The notes: generated from the letters alone by a model not told the origin. Numbered from the stretch's first letter, positions 37,675-48,355 are shown. The stretch is DNA of 51,597 nucleotides from Acidobacteria bacterium 13_1_20CM_58_21 (GCA_001919715.1 MNIJ01000008.1:1-51597), one strand, 5' to 3'. Numbers and translations are program-made.

Positions 37675-39255
37675 TCAGGTACCGCGCAGTTTGAAGCGCT
37701 GAATTTTGCCCGTCACGGTCTTTGGCAGCTCTCGGCAGAACCGCACCTCACGCGGTACTTTGTACGACACAAGCCGCGCCTTGACGTGCTCACAGATTTC
37801 CGCCGCTAGCTTTTCCGATCCTTCGCACTCTGGGCGCAGCACCACGTGCGCCACCGAGTACATCAGACCGCGTGCATCCGTTTCACCGACGACCGCGGAC
37901 TCCACTATCAGCGGGTGCCCCAACAAAGCATTCTCCACTTCCATCGGAGAAACCCACATTCCCGCCACTTTCAGCATGTCGTCCGCACGCCCGCAGTAGT
38001 GGTAGTAACCGCCCGAATCACAAAAGAATTTGTCGCCGGTCACAACCCAATCCCCGCGTTTCGTGCGCGCCGTCAATTCGGGAATCTGCCAGTACTCCCT
38101 AAACGCACTGGCGCCCCGTACCCAGAGATTGCCGATTTCGCCCTCCCGCACCGATTCTCCGGTGTCATCCACGATTTTCGCGTCGTAACCCGGCACGGGA
38201 ACGCCGCAACTGCCTGGCTTGCATTCTCCCGGACGGCTGGAAATGAAAATATGCAGCATCTCTGTAGAACCAATTCCGTCGAGGATGGTGATTCCGAATT
38301 GCCGCTTCCACGCGTTGAAGATTTCAGCGGGCAACGTTTCACCGGCCGACACGCACTGGCGCACCGAAGAAAAATCCACGCGGAGGCCCGGCCGCTCCGA
38401 TTCCCGCAGGACCGCTGCATAAAAGGTCGGCACCGCGAAAAAAACGGTCGGCTGATGCCGCGCTACCATTTCGAGCACATGCGCGACATTGGTTCGCTTT
38501 GGGTTCAACACCATCCGTGCGCCCACCGAAAGCGGGAAATACATCCCGTTTCCGAGGCCGTAAGCGAAGAACAGTTTCGACACGGAAAACATCAGGTCGT
38601 CAGCGCACAGCCCAAGCACGGCATGCGCATAATTCCGGCTGGTGACCAACATGTCCGCATGACCATGCACTGCCGCTTTTGGCCTGCCACCGCTTCCTGA
38701 CGTGTAGAGCATGAATGCCGGATCGTTAGGCGAAGTGTTTGCTGCCGCTAGGTGTTCGCTCGCCGCCGCTGTCCACGTGCTCCACTTTGCGCCGGCCACA
38801 TGATGCATGTCGATTTTTTCCTCGCCGACGACGACAATCGGCATTTGTGGGCACACACTTGATGCCGGCAAAAACTCCGCGAGCGCCTCGGAATGGACAA
38901 TCGCCGCTCGGGGCTGGCTATTCTCGAGGTAATGAATGTAGTCGGAGGATCGCGCGAAGGGATTCACGGGCACAGCCACGGCACCGATTTTGGCCGCACC
39001 AAAAAAGGCGGCCACAAACTCCGCCGAATCCGGCAGCACGATCAGAACGCGATCGCCTCGACAAATGCCCTGCGCACGCAGCGCGTTCCCCGCGCGATTG
39101 GCAAGCGCTGCCAGTTCGCCGCGGGTTACCTCACCTGGTTCGCCAACGATGGCCGGGCGCTCAGGGTGCGACGCTGCCGGCGCTTCCAGAAAATGAGCCG
39201 CCACGTTGAAATATTCAGGCAATTCCTCGTACATTAACTTTTCTGACGGCACCAC
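37675..39255 (-). CDS. Benzoate-CoA ligase family (AMP-forming aryl-CoA ligase)
   Basis: LYTSGSGG.PK, SKLFFAYGLGN, SAGETLP, DGIGSTEMLHIF, GRADDMLKV, PKTVTGKIQRF. Confidence 0.9.
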   Translation of the reverse strand: MVPSEKLMYEELPEYFNVAAHFLEAPAASHPERPAIVGEPGEVTRGELAALANRAGNALRAQGICRGDRVLIVLPDSAEFVAAFFGAAKIGAVAVPVNPFARSSDYIHYLENSQPRAAIVHSEALAEFLPASSVCPQMPIVVVGEEKIDMHHVAGAKWSTWTAAASEHLAAANTSPNDPAFMLYTSGSGGRPKAAVHGHADMLVTSRNYAHAVLGLCADDLMFSVSKLFFAYGLGNGMYFPLSVGARMVLNPKRTNVAHVLEMVARHQPTVFFAVPTFYAAVLRESERPGLRVDFSSVRQCVSAGETLPAEIFNAWKRQFGITILDGIGSTEMLHIFISSRPGECKPGSCGVPVPGYDAKIVDDTGESVREGEIGNLWVRGASAFREYWQIPELTARTKRGDWVVTGDKFFCDSGGYYHYCGRADDMLKVAGMWVSPMEVENALLGHPLIVESAVVGETDARGLMYSVAHVVLRPECEGSEKLAAEICEHVKARLVSYKVPREVRFCRELPKTVTGKIQRFKLRGT

Positions 39256-39264
39256 ACTGGGCCG

Positions 39265-39735
39265 TCAGCCCTTACCAATATCTTCGTTCCAAATCTCAGG
39301 ATGGTCCGCAATGTATTTCGCAAGTATTTGCGCACATTCCTTGGAGTGCAGATCGATGACCGCGATTCCGTTTTCGACCAGCCAATCGATCCCGCCGCGG
39401 AAGTTCACGGATTCCCCCACGACTACGGTGCCAATCCCGAACTGGCGGATCAAGCCGCTGCAATACCAGCACGGAGCCAGGGTCGTCACCATGATTTTGT
39501 CGCGGTAACTCCGCTGCCGGCCCGCCTTTCGAAACGCATCCGTTTCACCATGCGCCGAAGGATCTCCTTCCTGCACTCTGCGGTTGTGACCGCTTCCCAG
39601 CAGTTTTCCATTGCGCTCGAATAGCGCCGCACCAATGGGAATTCCTCCTTCGCCAAGCCCGAGGCGCGCTTCTTCCATTGCTGTCTTGAGCATGACAAGA
39701 TATTGTTCTTGATTCTTTTCTGCGTCCGTATGCAC
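39265..39735 (-). CDS. Nucleoside/cytosine deaminase (CDA fold, resembles the fungal-type cytosine deaminase)
   Basis: EGGIPIGAAL, GHNRRVQ..DPSAHGE, TTLAPCWYCSG, W.EDIG. Confidence 0.9.
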   Translation of the reverse strand: MHTDAEKNQEQYLVMLKTAMEEARLGLGEGGIPIGAALFERNGKLLGSGHNRRVQEGDPSAHGETDAFRKAGRQRSYRDKIMVTTLAPCWYCSGLIRQFGIGTVVVGESVNFRGGIDWLVENGIAVIDLHSKECAQILAKYIADHPEIWNEDIGKG

Positions 39736-39768
39736 TTTCCTCCGCTTCTGAATTCGCGCCTCGTCATT

Positions 39769-40380
39769 TTATTTCGCAGTGGCGGCAACGGGAAACATCC
39801 AGCTCAAGAGAAGATGGGTCGGCCAATAAACAAGCGCGAAGGCTCCGACAAAAATCACGGCGAGATGCCCGGGAGCAGGACCCCACGAGCGATGAAAGAG
39901 AGGATCTTGATACGCGTAGTTCATATTGAATCCCGAAGGCAAGAACCGCGAGGCCACAAAAAGAACCGCGGCAATCGCTGCCTGCAACGCCAGAGCGCGG
40001 CGGTCGTATCCAATTTTCCGCATCGCCCAGAGCAGTGCCAAGGGCAGACTGATGTGAAAGCTAGAAAGGAGCCGCGCCCAAAGCGGTACGCGTGTATCCC
40101 ACATGTACTCCGTTCCGCCGACCAGAAATCGTCCGGTCACAAGCCGCCAACCAATGTCGATGGACCAAAAAATCCCCGCCCCCAGCGAGCTGACGGCCTG
40201 GCTGGAAATCAACAAGGAACTTCCCCACCACAGCCCCACGCAGCCCAGGATCACCGCGATATCGCACAAGTGCAGCAGATTGGCCCAGCCCCACACGCGT
40301 ATATAGGACGGCAGCCACACCACCGTCCACAGCAGCCCCACCCACCGCAACACGGGGAATGCGATTGCGCCAGTGGTCAT
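39769..40380 (-). CDS. Hypothetical integral membrane protein
   Basis: About 6 TM segments; NLLHLCD, GGTEYMWD, LSSFH, NMNY motifs; start MTTG at 40380. Confidence 0.75.
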   Translation of the reverse strand: MTTGAIAFPVLRWVGLLWTVVWLPSYIRVWGWANLLHLCDIAVILGCVGLWWGSSLLISSQAVSSLGAGIFWSIDIGWRLVTGRFLVGGTEYMWDTRVPLWARLLSSFHISLPLALLWAMRKIGYDRRALALQAAIAAVLFVASRFLPSGFNMNYAYQDPLFHRSWGPAPGHLAVIFVGAFALVYWPTHLLLSWMFPVAATAK

Positions 40381-40484
40381 GCGTCTTCTCCACTTGATGC
40401 TTCCATTGCGGCACAGCCTACCACAGGCGGTTGCTGTTGCATGCAAGCGAGCTAGCGCCGTGGCAATTTTGGCAAGCAACATTC

Positions 40485-40890
40485 CGCTACCGCCGAGATC
40501 GCTGGATTCATGAAGATTACCGAAAGCGCTTCGTATTGAACGTCAACGATAAACTGGCCGTCAATGTCACTCTGTGAGTTGGCACGCTGAGCGAAAGTGC
40601 AACCGTCGAAGCTAACCCGTTGCGAGTCTAGCTGCAGTCCGTCACCGCGCCCGGCTTGATCAACGGCACCCAACTCCGAGAGCTCGCCCTCAACAGCCGA
40701 AACTACGCCACTCGTGCAGGTGGCGCCTGGGCCTCGGACTCCGGCAACGCCGACGCAGATATTTCCCGGCGCTACCGCCCAGTCGGTACCAAACCTATGT
40801 CCTTCCAGATCAAGTGAACCGGCGGGAGCAAGGCAACTGGCAGGTGAACTTCAATAAGTTTGGCTTGCCAGGCGATCCTCGTGTCATGCA
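40485..40890 (+). pseudogene. Oar-like TonB-dependent receptor remnant
   Basis: Fragments LNVNDKLAVNVTL*VG..SESATVEA, INGTQLRELALNSRNY, NWQV joined to C-terminal-like DPRVMQ; internal stops and frameshifts. Confidence 0.7.
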
Positions 40891-41052
40891 AAGGCAGAAA
40901 GCTGAACTTCGAGAAAACTCGGCTCACATCGAGCCTACGGCCCGCGATGCTCCAGGCCGTTCTCTTTTTGCATGGCCCGAAACGGGTCTTGCCTAGCGCA
41001 GCACCAATATGGCGGTTGGGGTCATCGCCGCGGGATTCTAGCATGTAGGCCG

Positions 41053-42291
41053 ATGAGCAGACGATCGACCGAGCGTGAAGCACGAACCGGCCCGATTCTT
41101 GACTGGCTACGCCAGCGCGAGGAGGAGATGGCTGCACTTTTGGTCGAGCTAGTTGCCATGCCCACGGAAAATCCGCCAGGGAGAAATTATCGCGCGTGCG
41201 CGGATGCCCTCGAGAAACGGTTGCGAGAATCTGGCATCGAATGCGAGCGTGTCGAAACCGCCGACCTGAAAAAAGATGGCGCTGAGTCTTCCGTATGCCT
41301 GCTGGCAGGGTACGGACGCGGAGAACCGACTCTTTATTTCCACGGACACTATGACGTCGTTCCCGCGCAAACCCCCGAACAATTCCGGCCTTTGCGCAAG
41401 GAGCATTTCGTGTTTGGCCGCGGCTCCTGCGACATGAAGGGCGGGATTGTCGCCATGCTGTATGCCATTCTCGCGCTGAAAGAAACCGCTGCCGAACTGA
41501 ATGGCAGGATCGGCTTGACGCTGGTTCCCAATGAAGAGACGGGAGGCGAGGGGGGCTCGGCGTGGCTGGCGGCGCAGGGACGGCTAGGCTGCAGCGGAAT
41601 CGGCATGCTTTTGGCTGAGCCGACAAGCGGCGTCGTTTGGAACGCGAACCGCGGCGCAATTTCGTTGCGCGTCCGGGTGCACGGGAAATCCGCACACGTT
41701 GGCCTGCAGCACCTGGGTGAGAACGCGTTCGAGCGCATGCATCGCGTCGTTGGGCAGCTCCAAGAGTTGAAGCGAGAGGTCGAGCAGCGCGTCACCAACT
41801 TCAACGTTGGGGCGGACCAAGCGCGCAACTCAATTCTGATGCTGGGGGGACAGAGCGGCGGCGGCCGAAACTTCAACGTGGTTCCGGAAGAGTGCTGGTT
41901 CACGATCGACCGGCGAATCAATCCGGAGGAAGACTCTCGGGAGGAAGGGTCGAAGCTGATCGCGGTTCTAGAGAGTTGCAAGCGCAAGGGTATCCCGCTT
42001 GAATGGGAGACACTGCAGGAAGGCCGTTCTTCGGCTTGCCGCGAGGATGATGCGCTTGGCAAGGCGCTGGCTCGCAGCGCTAGGGCGGTCACCGGCGAAG
42101 CGCCGCGTTTTGAGTTGTGCCCTGGCCTGCTGGAGATTCGCTTCTATATCGCCCTAGCCGTCCCGGCCTATGCTTACGGTCCCGGTCTGCTCTCTGTCGC
42201 GCATGGACCGAACGAATATGTGGACCTGCGAAAAGTGATCGATTGCGCCGCGATCTATGCTCTCACAGCTATGGACGTGCTCAGGCGGTAA
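41053..42291 (+). CDS. M20 family metallopeptidase (ArgE/DapE-like)
   Basis: HGHYDVVP, GRGSCDMKGG, NEETGG, AEPT, GKSAH, AHGPNEY. Confidence 0.93.
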   Translation: MSRRSTEREARTGPILDWLRQREEEMAALLVELVAMPTENPPGRNYRACADALEKRLRESGIECERVETADLKKDGAESSVCLLAGYGRGEPTLYFHGHYDVVPAQTPEQFRPLRKEHFVFGRGSCDMKGGIVAMLYAILALKETAAELNGRIGLTLVPNEETGGEGGSAWLAAQGRLGCSGIGMLLAEPTSGVVWNANRGAISLRVRVHGKSAHVGLQHLGENAFERMHRVVGQLQELKREVEQRVTNFNVGADQARNSILMLGGQSGGGRNFNVVPEECWFTIDRRINPEEDSREEGSKLIAVLESCKRKGIPLEWETLQEGRSSACREDDALGKALARSARAVTGEAPRFELCPGLLEIRFYIALAVPAYAYGPGLLSVAHGPNEYVDLRKVIDCAAIYALTAMDVLRR

Positions 42292-42669
42292 GCCTGGTCG
42301 CTTTTCGGGCTAATCGCGCTTGCCGTCTAGGCCCATAGGGATCGTCTCCACGGCCAATCATCCCTCCGCCTTGCTTCGTTTGACGGCCGTGCTTGCAACG
42401 CTCAGCCACAGTTGGTGGATGGCCGCAATATGGTTCATTGTGGGAATTGTTCCACTTGGTGATCGCGTAGGCTCAGACAAATCCGGATTAGTCACTAAAT
42501 CATTGAATCTAATGAGTTTCAGGAAAATTAGAGCTGTTTTCGAGCGTCCTTACCTACCCCGCGCCACCAATGGTCCCATAGTACTATTTAATATTTCCAT
42601 ACAAACACTTACGATTTTCAACGTATGCCAAATCTCTACTTTTGCCAACCCCACGCAAGAAACCAGGGC

Positions 42670-42903
42670 ATGCTCCGCGCTGTTCTATCCGTGAACGAGT
42701 GTGAGCTCGTCGTCAGCCTGCACACCGCCACCTATGTCGGCGATCAGTTTCCGGAGCTGGCCAACGAGCCAAGGGCAGCAAACGATTTTGCCGTGCTCAA
42801 CATCACATCAAGTGAGACTCCGGCTGGCTTGCGGCCCGGCTACTATCGACTCGATTCCGACCTGACCCAGCTAAACGAATCGCTGCTGGGACTTTTCCGC
42901 TAG
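42670..42903 (+). CDS. Small hypothetical protein
   Basis: 77-aa ORF with GC3-rich codon usage downstream of an AT-rich promoter-like stretch. Confidence 0.5.
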   Translation: MLRAVLSVNECELVVSLHTATYVGDQFPELANEPRAANDFAVLNITSSETPAGLRPGYYRLDSDLTQLNESLLGLFR

Positions 42904-42959
42904 GCTCTAAGGGTTTTCCCCCGAATGTAGCGGGACCATCAATAGAGCTCGTTGCAGAG

Positions 42960-43260
42960 CTATTTCCATTTTCCCGCACAGGCCAGCAGGGCAGACCGAT
43001 GGCAAATGAAGCGGGTCCAAGGGGCTCGCAATAGACTACCCGGGCCCGGAAGTCTCCCTGCAGGCACCATAAATTCAGCCGATCCTGCGGTTTCCACGGA
43101 TTGCTTGAAACGACGCGTGCGCCGTGGGAGCTTACGTTTTCTGTAAGGGCTTCATCGGAACGATAACGGAGGTCCAGGCCGCAGAGATCGACTCTTACCG
43201 CCAGGGGAATGCGTTCTTCCAATTGGCGCACTGGCTTGCAAGGGATACCCGCCAAAATGG
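42960..43260 (-). pseudogene. PilZ-like domain gene, probably degenerate
   Basis: RQLEERIPLAVRV, TENVSSHGARV, RARVVYCEPL..FAIGL; no clear start, and the frame runs on into the opposite-strand gene. Confidence 0.55.
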
Positions 43261-43561
43261 GGAGGATGGGCGTCGGGACTAGGAAGGACGACAGCGCTAT
43301 CATACGCTGGCAGTTGCCGGTAATGGCAAGAAATTCAGGTCCGCACGGCGACCACGCCATCTCCGAAGATACGGTGCTCCGCATCCATCGTGACAATGGT
43401 TCCATTCTTGACCAGGGGGTGAAGCTGATTGCCTGCTTCTCAGTTTGCGGGTGCTCGGCGAACCGAAAATAGAAAACTGAGAATGACAATTAGGAGCGCA
43501 ACGGCTGCGAAATTAGCCTTGCATCTCCAAATTGCAATTTCCAATGTCATGCCTCGTCTCA

Positions 43562-43954
43562 TCACAAGTGGGAAGAATCAAACGGTCTAGGAAAGAGGTT
43601 TTGCATCTGCATGATCTCCACTCTGCCCTTCAGATTCGCCATGATCACGGGGATGTCGCCGCAAAATTCCCAGATCAATTGGCGGCAAGCGCCGCAAGGA
43701 GGCGTGAGGGCATCAGTGTCAGTGACGACGGAAATAGCGTCGAACCCGCGCTCGCCTTCGCTGATGGCTTTGAAAATGGCGATGCGCTCGGCGCAAACGG
43801 TGAGGCCGTAGGTAGCGTTCTCGACGTTGCAGCCGCCAAAGACTCTCCCCGAAGTGGCACGAAGCGCCGCGCCAACGCGAAAGTTGGAGTACGGCGCATG
43901 CGCGTTTTCCCTTGCTTGCCTCGCGGCCGAAATCAGAGTTTCATTTTCGTTCAC
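43562..43954 (-). CDS. cdd: Cytidine deaminase (homotetrameric type)
   Basis: APYSNFRVGAAL, GCNVENATYGLTVCAER, PCGACRQ. Confidence 0.96.
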   Translation of the reverse strand: MNENETLISAARQARENAHAPYSNFRVGAALRATSGRVFGGCNVENATYGLTVCAERIAIFKAISEGERGFDAISVVTDTDALTPPCGACRQLIWEFCGDIPVIMANLKGRVEIMQMQNLFPRPFDSSHL

Positions 43955-43985
43955 GCCAACGTCTCCCGGCACGCCCCGAAATATT

Positions 43986-44909
43986 CTACGCAATGGCCTC
44001 GGCAATTCGCGGAATGACCGCTTTCAGCAAGCCGATGAATTGCCCTTTCATGCGCTCTGCTGTTTCCAGCACTTCCAGGTGGTTGAGTGGCCGATCCAGT
44101 ATTCCCGCCGCCGCATTGGTCACGCAGGAGATGCCCAGCACGCGAATGCCGCTGTGCCGCGCGGCAATCACTTCCGGAACCGTGGACATGCCTACCAGAT
44201 CGGCGCCGATCGCCCGCAAGTAGCGTATCTCCGCCGGCGTCTCGTAGCTCGGCCCCAGGAGACCTGCGTACACGCCCTCATGCATCCCAATGCCCATGCG
44301 GTTTCCTTCAGCAACAGTCATTTCACGAAATCTGCGGTCGTACGCCGAGGTCATGTCGTGAAACCGCAAGCCGAATCTCTCGTCGTTTGGTCCGATGAGC
44401 GGATTAACGCCCTGCAAATTGATGTGATCGCTGATCACCACCAGCCGGCCCTGTACGAATTCCCGTTTGATGCCGCCCGCGGCGTTGGTGAGGATCACGG
44501 CCTTTACGCCCATGCGCGCGAAAACGCGGATGGGAAAGGCCACTTCTTTCGAGGAATAGCCTTCGTAAAGATGGACGCGGCCCTGCATCCCGACAAGGGG
44601 AATGGCTTCCACCTTTCCGATGACGAGCTTTCCGGCATGGCCGATGGCCGTGGATTGCGGGAAACGCGGAATTTTGGCGTAAGGAATTTTCGTATCGCTA
44701 GCAAATTCATCGGCAAACGCGCCTAGGCCCGAGCCAAGAACCAGCGCGATCCGGGGCCGTATCGATGTTTGAGAAAGGATAAAGTCCGCAGCTTGGCCCG
44801 CGCGCTCGAACTCGCCGTCCGGCGAACTGCTGGTTGGGTTTGGAGCCGCGATTTTTGCGGGTGAAACCGTATTCGCAGTGTTGTTCTTAGGGCTCTTTCT
44901 TGCGCTCAC
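43986..44909 (-). CDS. punA: Purine-nucleoside phosphorylase (trimeric PunA/XapA type)
   Basis: VLGSGLG, GHAG, QGRVHLYEG, TNAAGG, GPSYETPAE, VGMSTVPE, SCVTN. Confidence 0.95.
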   Translation of the reverse strand: MSARKSPKNNTANTVSPAKIAAPNPTSSSPDGEFERAGQAADFILSQTSIRPRIALVLGSGLGAFADEFASDTKIPYAKIPRFPQSTAIGHAGKLVIGKVEAIPLVGMQGRVHLYEGYSSKEVAFPIRVFARMGVKAVILTNAAGGIKREFVQGRLVVISDHINLQGVNPLIGPNDERFGLRFHDMTSAYDRRFREMTVAEGNRMGIGMHEGVYAGLLGPSYETPAEIRYLRAIGADLVGMSTVPEVIAARHSGIRVLGISCVTNAAAGILDRPLNHLEVLETAERMKGQFIGLLKAVIPRIAEAIA

Positions 44910-46138
44910 GTTAGGATCCCCACGATGGAAGCCGACATTAAGTTTGCCATAGTGCCGGCGAGCATGGCGCGGATGCCGAACCTTGCGAGCTGGCGGCGCT
45001 GCTCTGGTGCGAGCGCGCCGATGCCCCCGATCTGAATGCCGATGGAGCTGAAGTTGGCAAAGCCGCAGAGAGCGAAGGTGGCGATTGCAAAAGTGCGCGG
45101 ATCGAGCGAGCCTTTCATGGGGCCAAGCTGGCCAAACGCGACAAATTCATTGAGGACCATGCGCGTCCCGAGAAGATTGCCAATCTTCGCGGCATCATGC
45201 CAGGGCACTCCGATCAGCCAGGCAACGGGCGCAAAGATCCAGCCGAAAACGGTCTGCAGACTTTCCGGGAACCAAGCCATGTGAGGCCAGTTGTGAACGC
45301 CGCCCATGATGGCGTTGAGCAACGCAAGCAAGGCGATGAAGGTGATGAGCATCGCACCGACGTTGAGCGCGAGGTGCAAACCATCGACCGTCCCTCGTGC
45401 GATGGCCCCGAGGATGTTGGACTCCATTTCCATCGGCGGCATTTCCACGCGGCCGGCGGTGAGCGGCTGCTCGGTCTCCGGCACGAGCATCTTGGCCATG
45501 AGCAGCGTTCCGGGTGCGGTCATGATGACTGCGGTTAAAAGGTTTTTGGGATCGGCACCTCCCACTTGGATATACCCGGCCATCATGCCACCAGAGATGT
45601 GCGCCATCCCGCTGGTCATGACAACCATCAGTTCGGACTTGGTGAGTTTGGGAAGAAATGGACGTATGGTCAGCGGAGCTTCAGTTTGGCCCATGAAAAT
45701 ACTGGCAGCCACATTGAGGGATTCCGCGCCGCTCGCACCCATGATTCGCGTCATCAGCCACGCGGCGGCGCGGATGATGAGTTGCATCACCCCGAGGTGA
45801 TAGAGAACAGCAAAAAAGGCGGCAATGAAGATGATTGTGGGGAGTACTTGGAAGGCAAACGAAAAGCCGAGCCGGGAGAGTTCCTTGGGCATGCCTATGT
45901 CGCCAAACACGAACGTGGAACCCGCATAGGAAAAGCTCAACAACTTATTTGCGCCGGCACCCAGGAAACCAAACACCGAACTGCCAACGCTGGAACGGAG
46001 AACGAAAAATCCAAGAGCCAACTGGAGCCCGAGGCCCCAAGCGATGGTCTTGAACTTGATCGCGCGACGACTGGTGGAGAACAGCCACGCCAATCCGAGA
46101 ATCACGGCCATGCCGAGCACGCCCGTCCATCTTCCCAT
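44906..46138 (-). CDS. nupC: CNT-family nucleoside:cation symporter
   Basis: FAFQVLPTIIF, IFMGQTEAPL, LNEFVAF, ALCGFANFSSIGIQIGG; start MGRWTG at 46138. Confidence 0.94.
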   Translation of the reverse strand: MGRWTGVLGMAVILGLAWLFSTSRRAIKFKTIAWGLGLQLALGFFVLRSSVGSSVFGFLGAGANKLLSFSYAGSTFVFGDIGMPKELSRLGFSFAFQVLPTIIFIAAFFAVLYHLGVMQLIIRAAAWLMTRIMGASGAESLNVAASIFMGQTEAPLTIRPFLPKLTKSELMVVMTSGMAHISGGMMAGYIQVGGADPKNLLTAVIMTAPGTLLMAKMLVPETEQPLTAGRVEMPPMEMESNILGAIARGTVDGLHLALNVGAMLITFIALLALLNAIMGGVHNWPHMAWFPESLQTVFGWIFAPVAWLIGVPWHDAAKIGNLLGTRMVLNEFVAFGQLGPMKGSLDPRTFAIATFALCGFANFSSIGIQIGGIGALAPEQRRQLARFGIRAMLAGTMANLMSASIVGILT

Positions 46139-46160
46139 GAACCATCCTCCCGCAATCGAT

Positions 46161-47471
46161 CTAGACGCCGATGATCCGGCGCACCAGGGGCCGCTCTTCC
46201 TGCGGCGCATTTTCGCCAACGAAATAGCTGCCGGCAATGAGCGCTTGCGCTTCGGCAAGTTTGGCGTCGCTATTGTAATGAATCGTGGCCAGCGGTTCTC
46301 CCTTTTCCACACGATCACCGATCCGCTTATGGAATTCGAGGCCCACGCCGTGATCGATCTGGTCTTCTTTTTTTTCGCGGCCTCCGCCGAGCATGGCGAG
46401 CGCGATTCCAAACTGCTCACAGTTGGCGCCAGTGATGAAGCCGCTACCCGAACTCGATACGCGGAAATGCAGGCGCGCGGTGGGCAGGCGTTCTGGCTCG
46501 TCAATGACGCGTTCATCACCTCCTTGCAGACGAATCCCTTGCCGGAATTTTTCGAGTGCCTGGCCGGTGGCAATCATGGTTTCGGCGAGGCGGCGGCCTT
46601 CTTCCACGCTTTTCGTTCTTTCACCCAGATAGAACATCCACGCCGAGAGATCGAGGCTCAAGCCACGCAGATCGGCGGGGCCGCGGCCTTTGAGGACTTC
46701 GACGGACTCGGCAACTTCGTTCGAATGGCCAGCCATCCGGCCAAGCGGCTGATCCATGCCGGTGATGAAGGCCACCACTTTCTTGCCCATGCGCTTGCCC
46801 GTTTCCACCATGACTTCGGCGAGGCGAATCGAATCTTCCTCTTGCTTCATGAAAGCTCCGGAACCCGTCTTCACGTCGAGCACCAGCGCGTCAATGCCTT
46901 CGGCAAGCTTCTTGCTCATGATGGACGCGCAGATGAGGCCGATATTCTCGACCGTCGCAGTGACATCACGCAGCGCGTAGATCTTCTTGTCGGCAGGAGC
47001 AATTTCCGCGGTCTGGCCGATCAACCCCATTCCGCATTCGCGCAGAACCCGGCGAAATTCGTCCAGCGACAAATTCACGTTGAAGCCCGGAATCGCTTCC
47101 AGTTTGTCGAGCGTGCCGCCGGTATGGCCGAGGCCGCGCCCGCTGATCATCGGAACCGTTAGGCCGCCCGCGGCCACAATGGGAGCAAGGATGAGAGAAG
47201 TCTTGTCGCCAATCCCCCCGGTGGAGTGCTTGTCCACTTTCTTGCCGCGAATTTCAGAGTGGTTGAGGACTTCTCCGGAGTAAAGCATCACTTCGGTGAG
47301 GGCCGCGAGCTCGGAGCGGTTCATCCCGCGGATCCACACAGCCATCAGCCACGCAGCCATCTGGTAGTCGGGTATTTCGCCGCGGGTGTAGCCGGAAACC
47401 AGAAAATTGATTTCTTCGCGGGAGAGTTCACCGGAATCACGTTTCTTGCGGATCAGGTCGACGGCGCGCAT
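46161..47471 (-). CDS. pdp: Pyrimidine-nucleoside/thymidine phosphorylase
   Basis: DKHSTGGIGDK, SGRGLGHTGGTLDKLEAIPG, APADKKIYALRDVTATV, SIMSKK, DVKTGSGAFMK. Confidence 0.96.
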   Translation of the reverse strand: MRAVDLIRKKRDSGELSREEINFLVSGYTRGEIPDYQMAAWLMAVWIRGMNRSELAALTEVMLYSGEVLNHSEIRGKKVDKHSTGGIGDKTSLILAPIVAAGGLTVPMISGRGLGHTGGTLDKLEAIPGFNVNLSLDEFRRVLRECGMGLIGQTAEIAPADKKIYALRDVTATVENIGLICASIMSKKLAEGIDALVLDVKTGSGAFMKQEEDSIRLAEVMVETGKRMGKKVVAFITGMDQPLGRMAGHSNEVAESVEVLKGRGPADLRGLSLDLSAWMFYLGERTKSVEEGRRLAETMIATGQALEKFRQGIRLQGGDERVIDEPERLPTARLHFRVSSSGSGFITGANCEQFGIALAMLGGGREKKEDQIDHGVGLEFHKRIGDRVEKGEPLATIHYNSDAKLAEAQALIAGSYFVGENAPQEERPLVRRIIGV

Positions 47472-47553
47472 GCGTTTGGAAAGCGAGCGGCGAGCGTAAC
47501 ATCCACTTCAGGGGGCGTCAACGCAAGCCACAAGCTGAAATCAGCAACTCGCG

Positions 47554-48072
47554 CTACAGAGGCTGCTGCACGTCCGGAGGCAGGTTGGTTGCCTGGCCAG
47601 AGATCACATGCCAGCCCCGTGGGGTGTCCACATAAACGTGCACCGCGCGAATCTGGATGCTCACGTGCTGGCCCTTGATGACACTTCGCGATGACCAGAG
47701 ACAAGTTGCCACCGCCGTCTCTTGAAAGACACGGACGTTGATCTCTGAGGCGTTGAACGATTCGTATTTGACCGCGGGAGATTGAATGACATCGATCCAC
47801 TGCGTCTTGTTTACCTGCTGGCCGTGAGAAAGTGTGCCAGCGAAATCGTCGCTGTAGACACGCTGAAAATAAGTGCCATTGTTCAACTGGATGGCGCGCG
47901 CGGCTTCTCTTTCCAGGCTGACGATCTCCTGCCTCTGCACCTCCAGATCTCCATGCATGGGCTGAGCGACACACCGCTGGATGCACGCATCTCGCCAGGT
48001 TTCCTGCGATTGCCAGGAGGGAGCGAGCAACAGCCCGATTGCCAGTGCCACCATACCTGTAATTTTGATCAT
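47554..48072 (-). CDS. Exported NTF2-like (DUF4440) protein
   Basis: Signal-like N-terminus; YSDDF.G...G....K, VRVF.ETAV, HVYV....GWHVI..QAT. Confidence 0.8.
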   Translation of the reverse strand: MIKITGMVALAIGLLLAPSWQSQETWRDACIQRCVAQPMHGDLEVQRQEIVSLEREAARAIQLNNGTYFQRVYSDDFAGTLSHGQQVNKTQWIDVIQSPAVKYESFNASEINVRVFQETAVATCLWSSRSVIKGQHVSIQIRAVHVYVDTPRGWHVISGQATNLPPDVQQPL

Positions 48073-48355
48073 GCTGGAGTGCCTCCCTCAAGGAGTGACG
48101 GAATTCCCCCGGAGTGACTCAAGAAAGGGTTGTCGTCGACACACTCCATAGTACGGAAAGAATCGCGCATATCCATCACGCACATCGTGTCCGTGCTGTG
48201 AATGACAAGCTTCGTTCCCGCAAGCGTTCACGCCGGAATGGGTTGGGGAGGTGCTTGCGTCTCCATCTGGCCGAGTTTGGAGTTGTGCCTCGGGCTTTAC
48301 CGCTCTGCTAGAATAATCCCCTTCTAGACAGAGTCATCACAAGAAACGCAATTCC

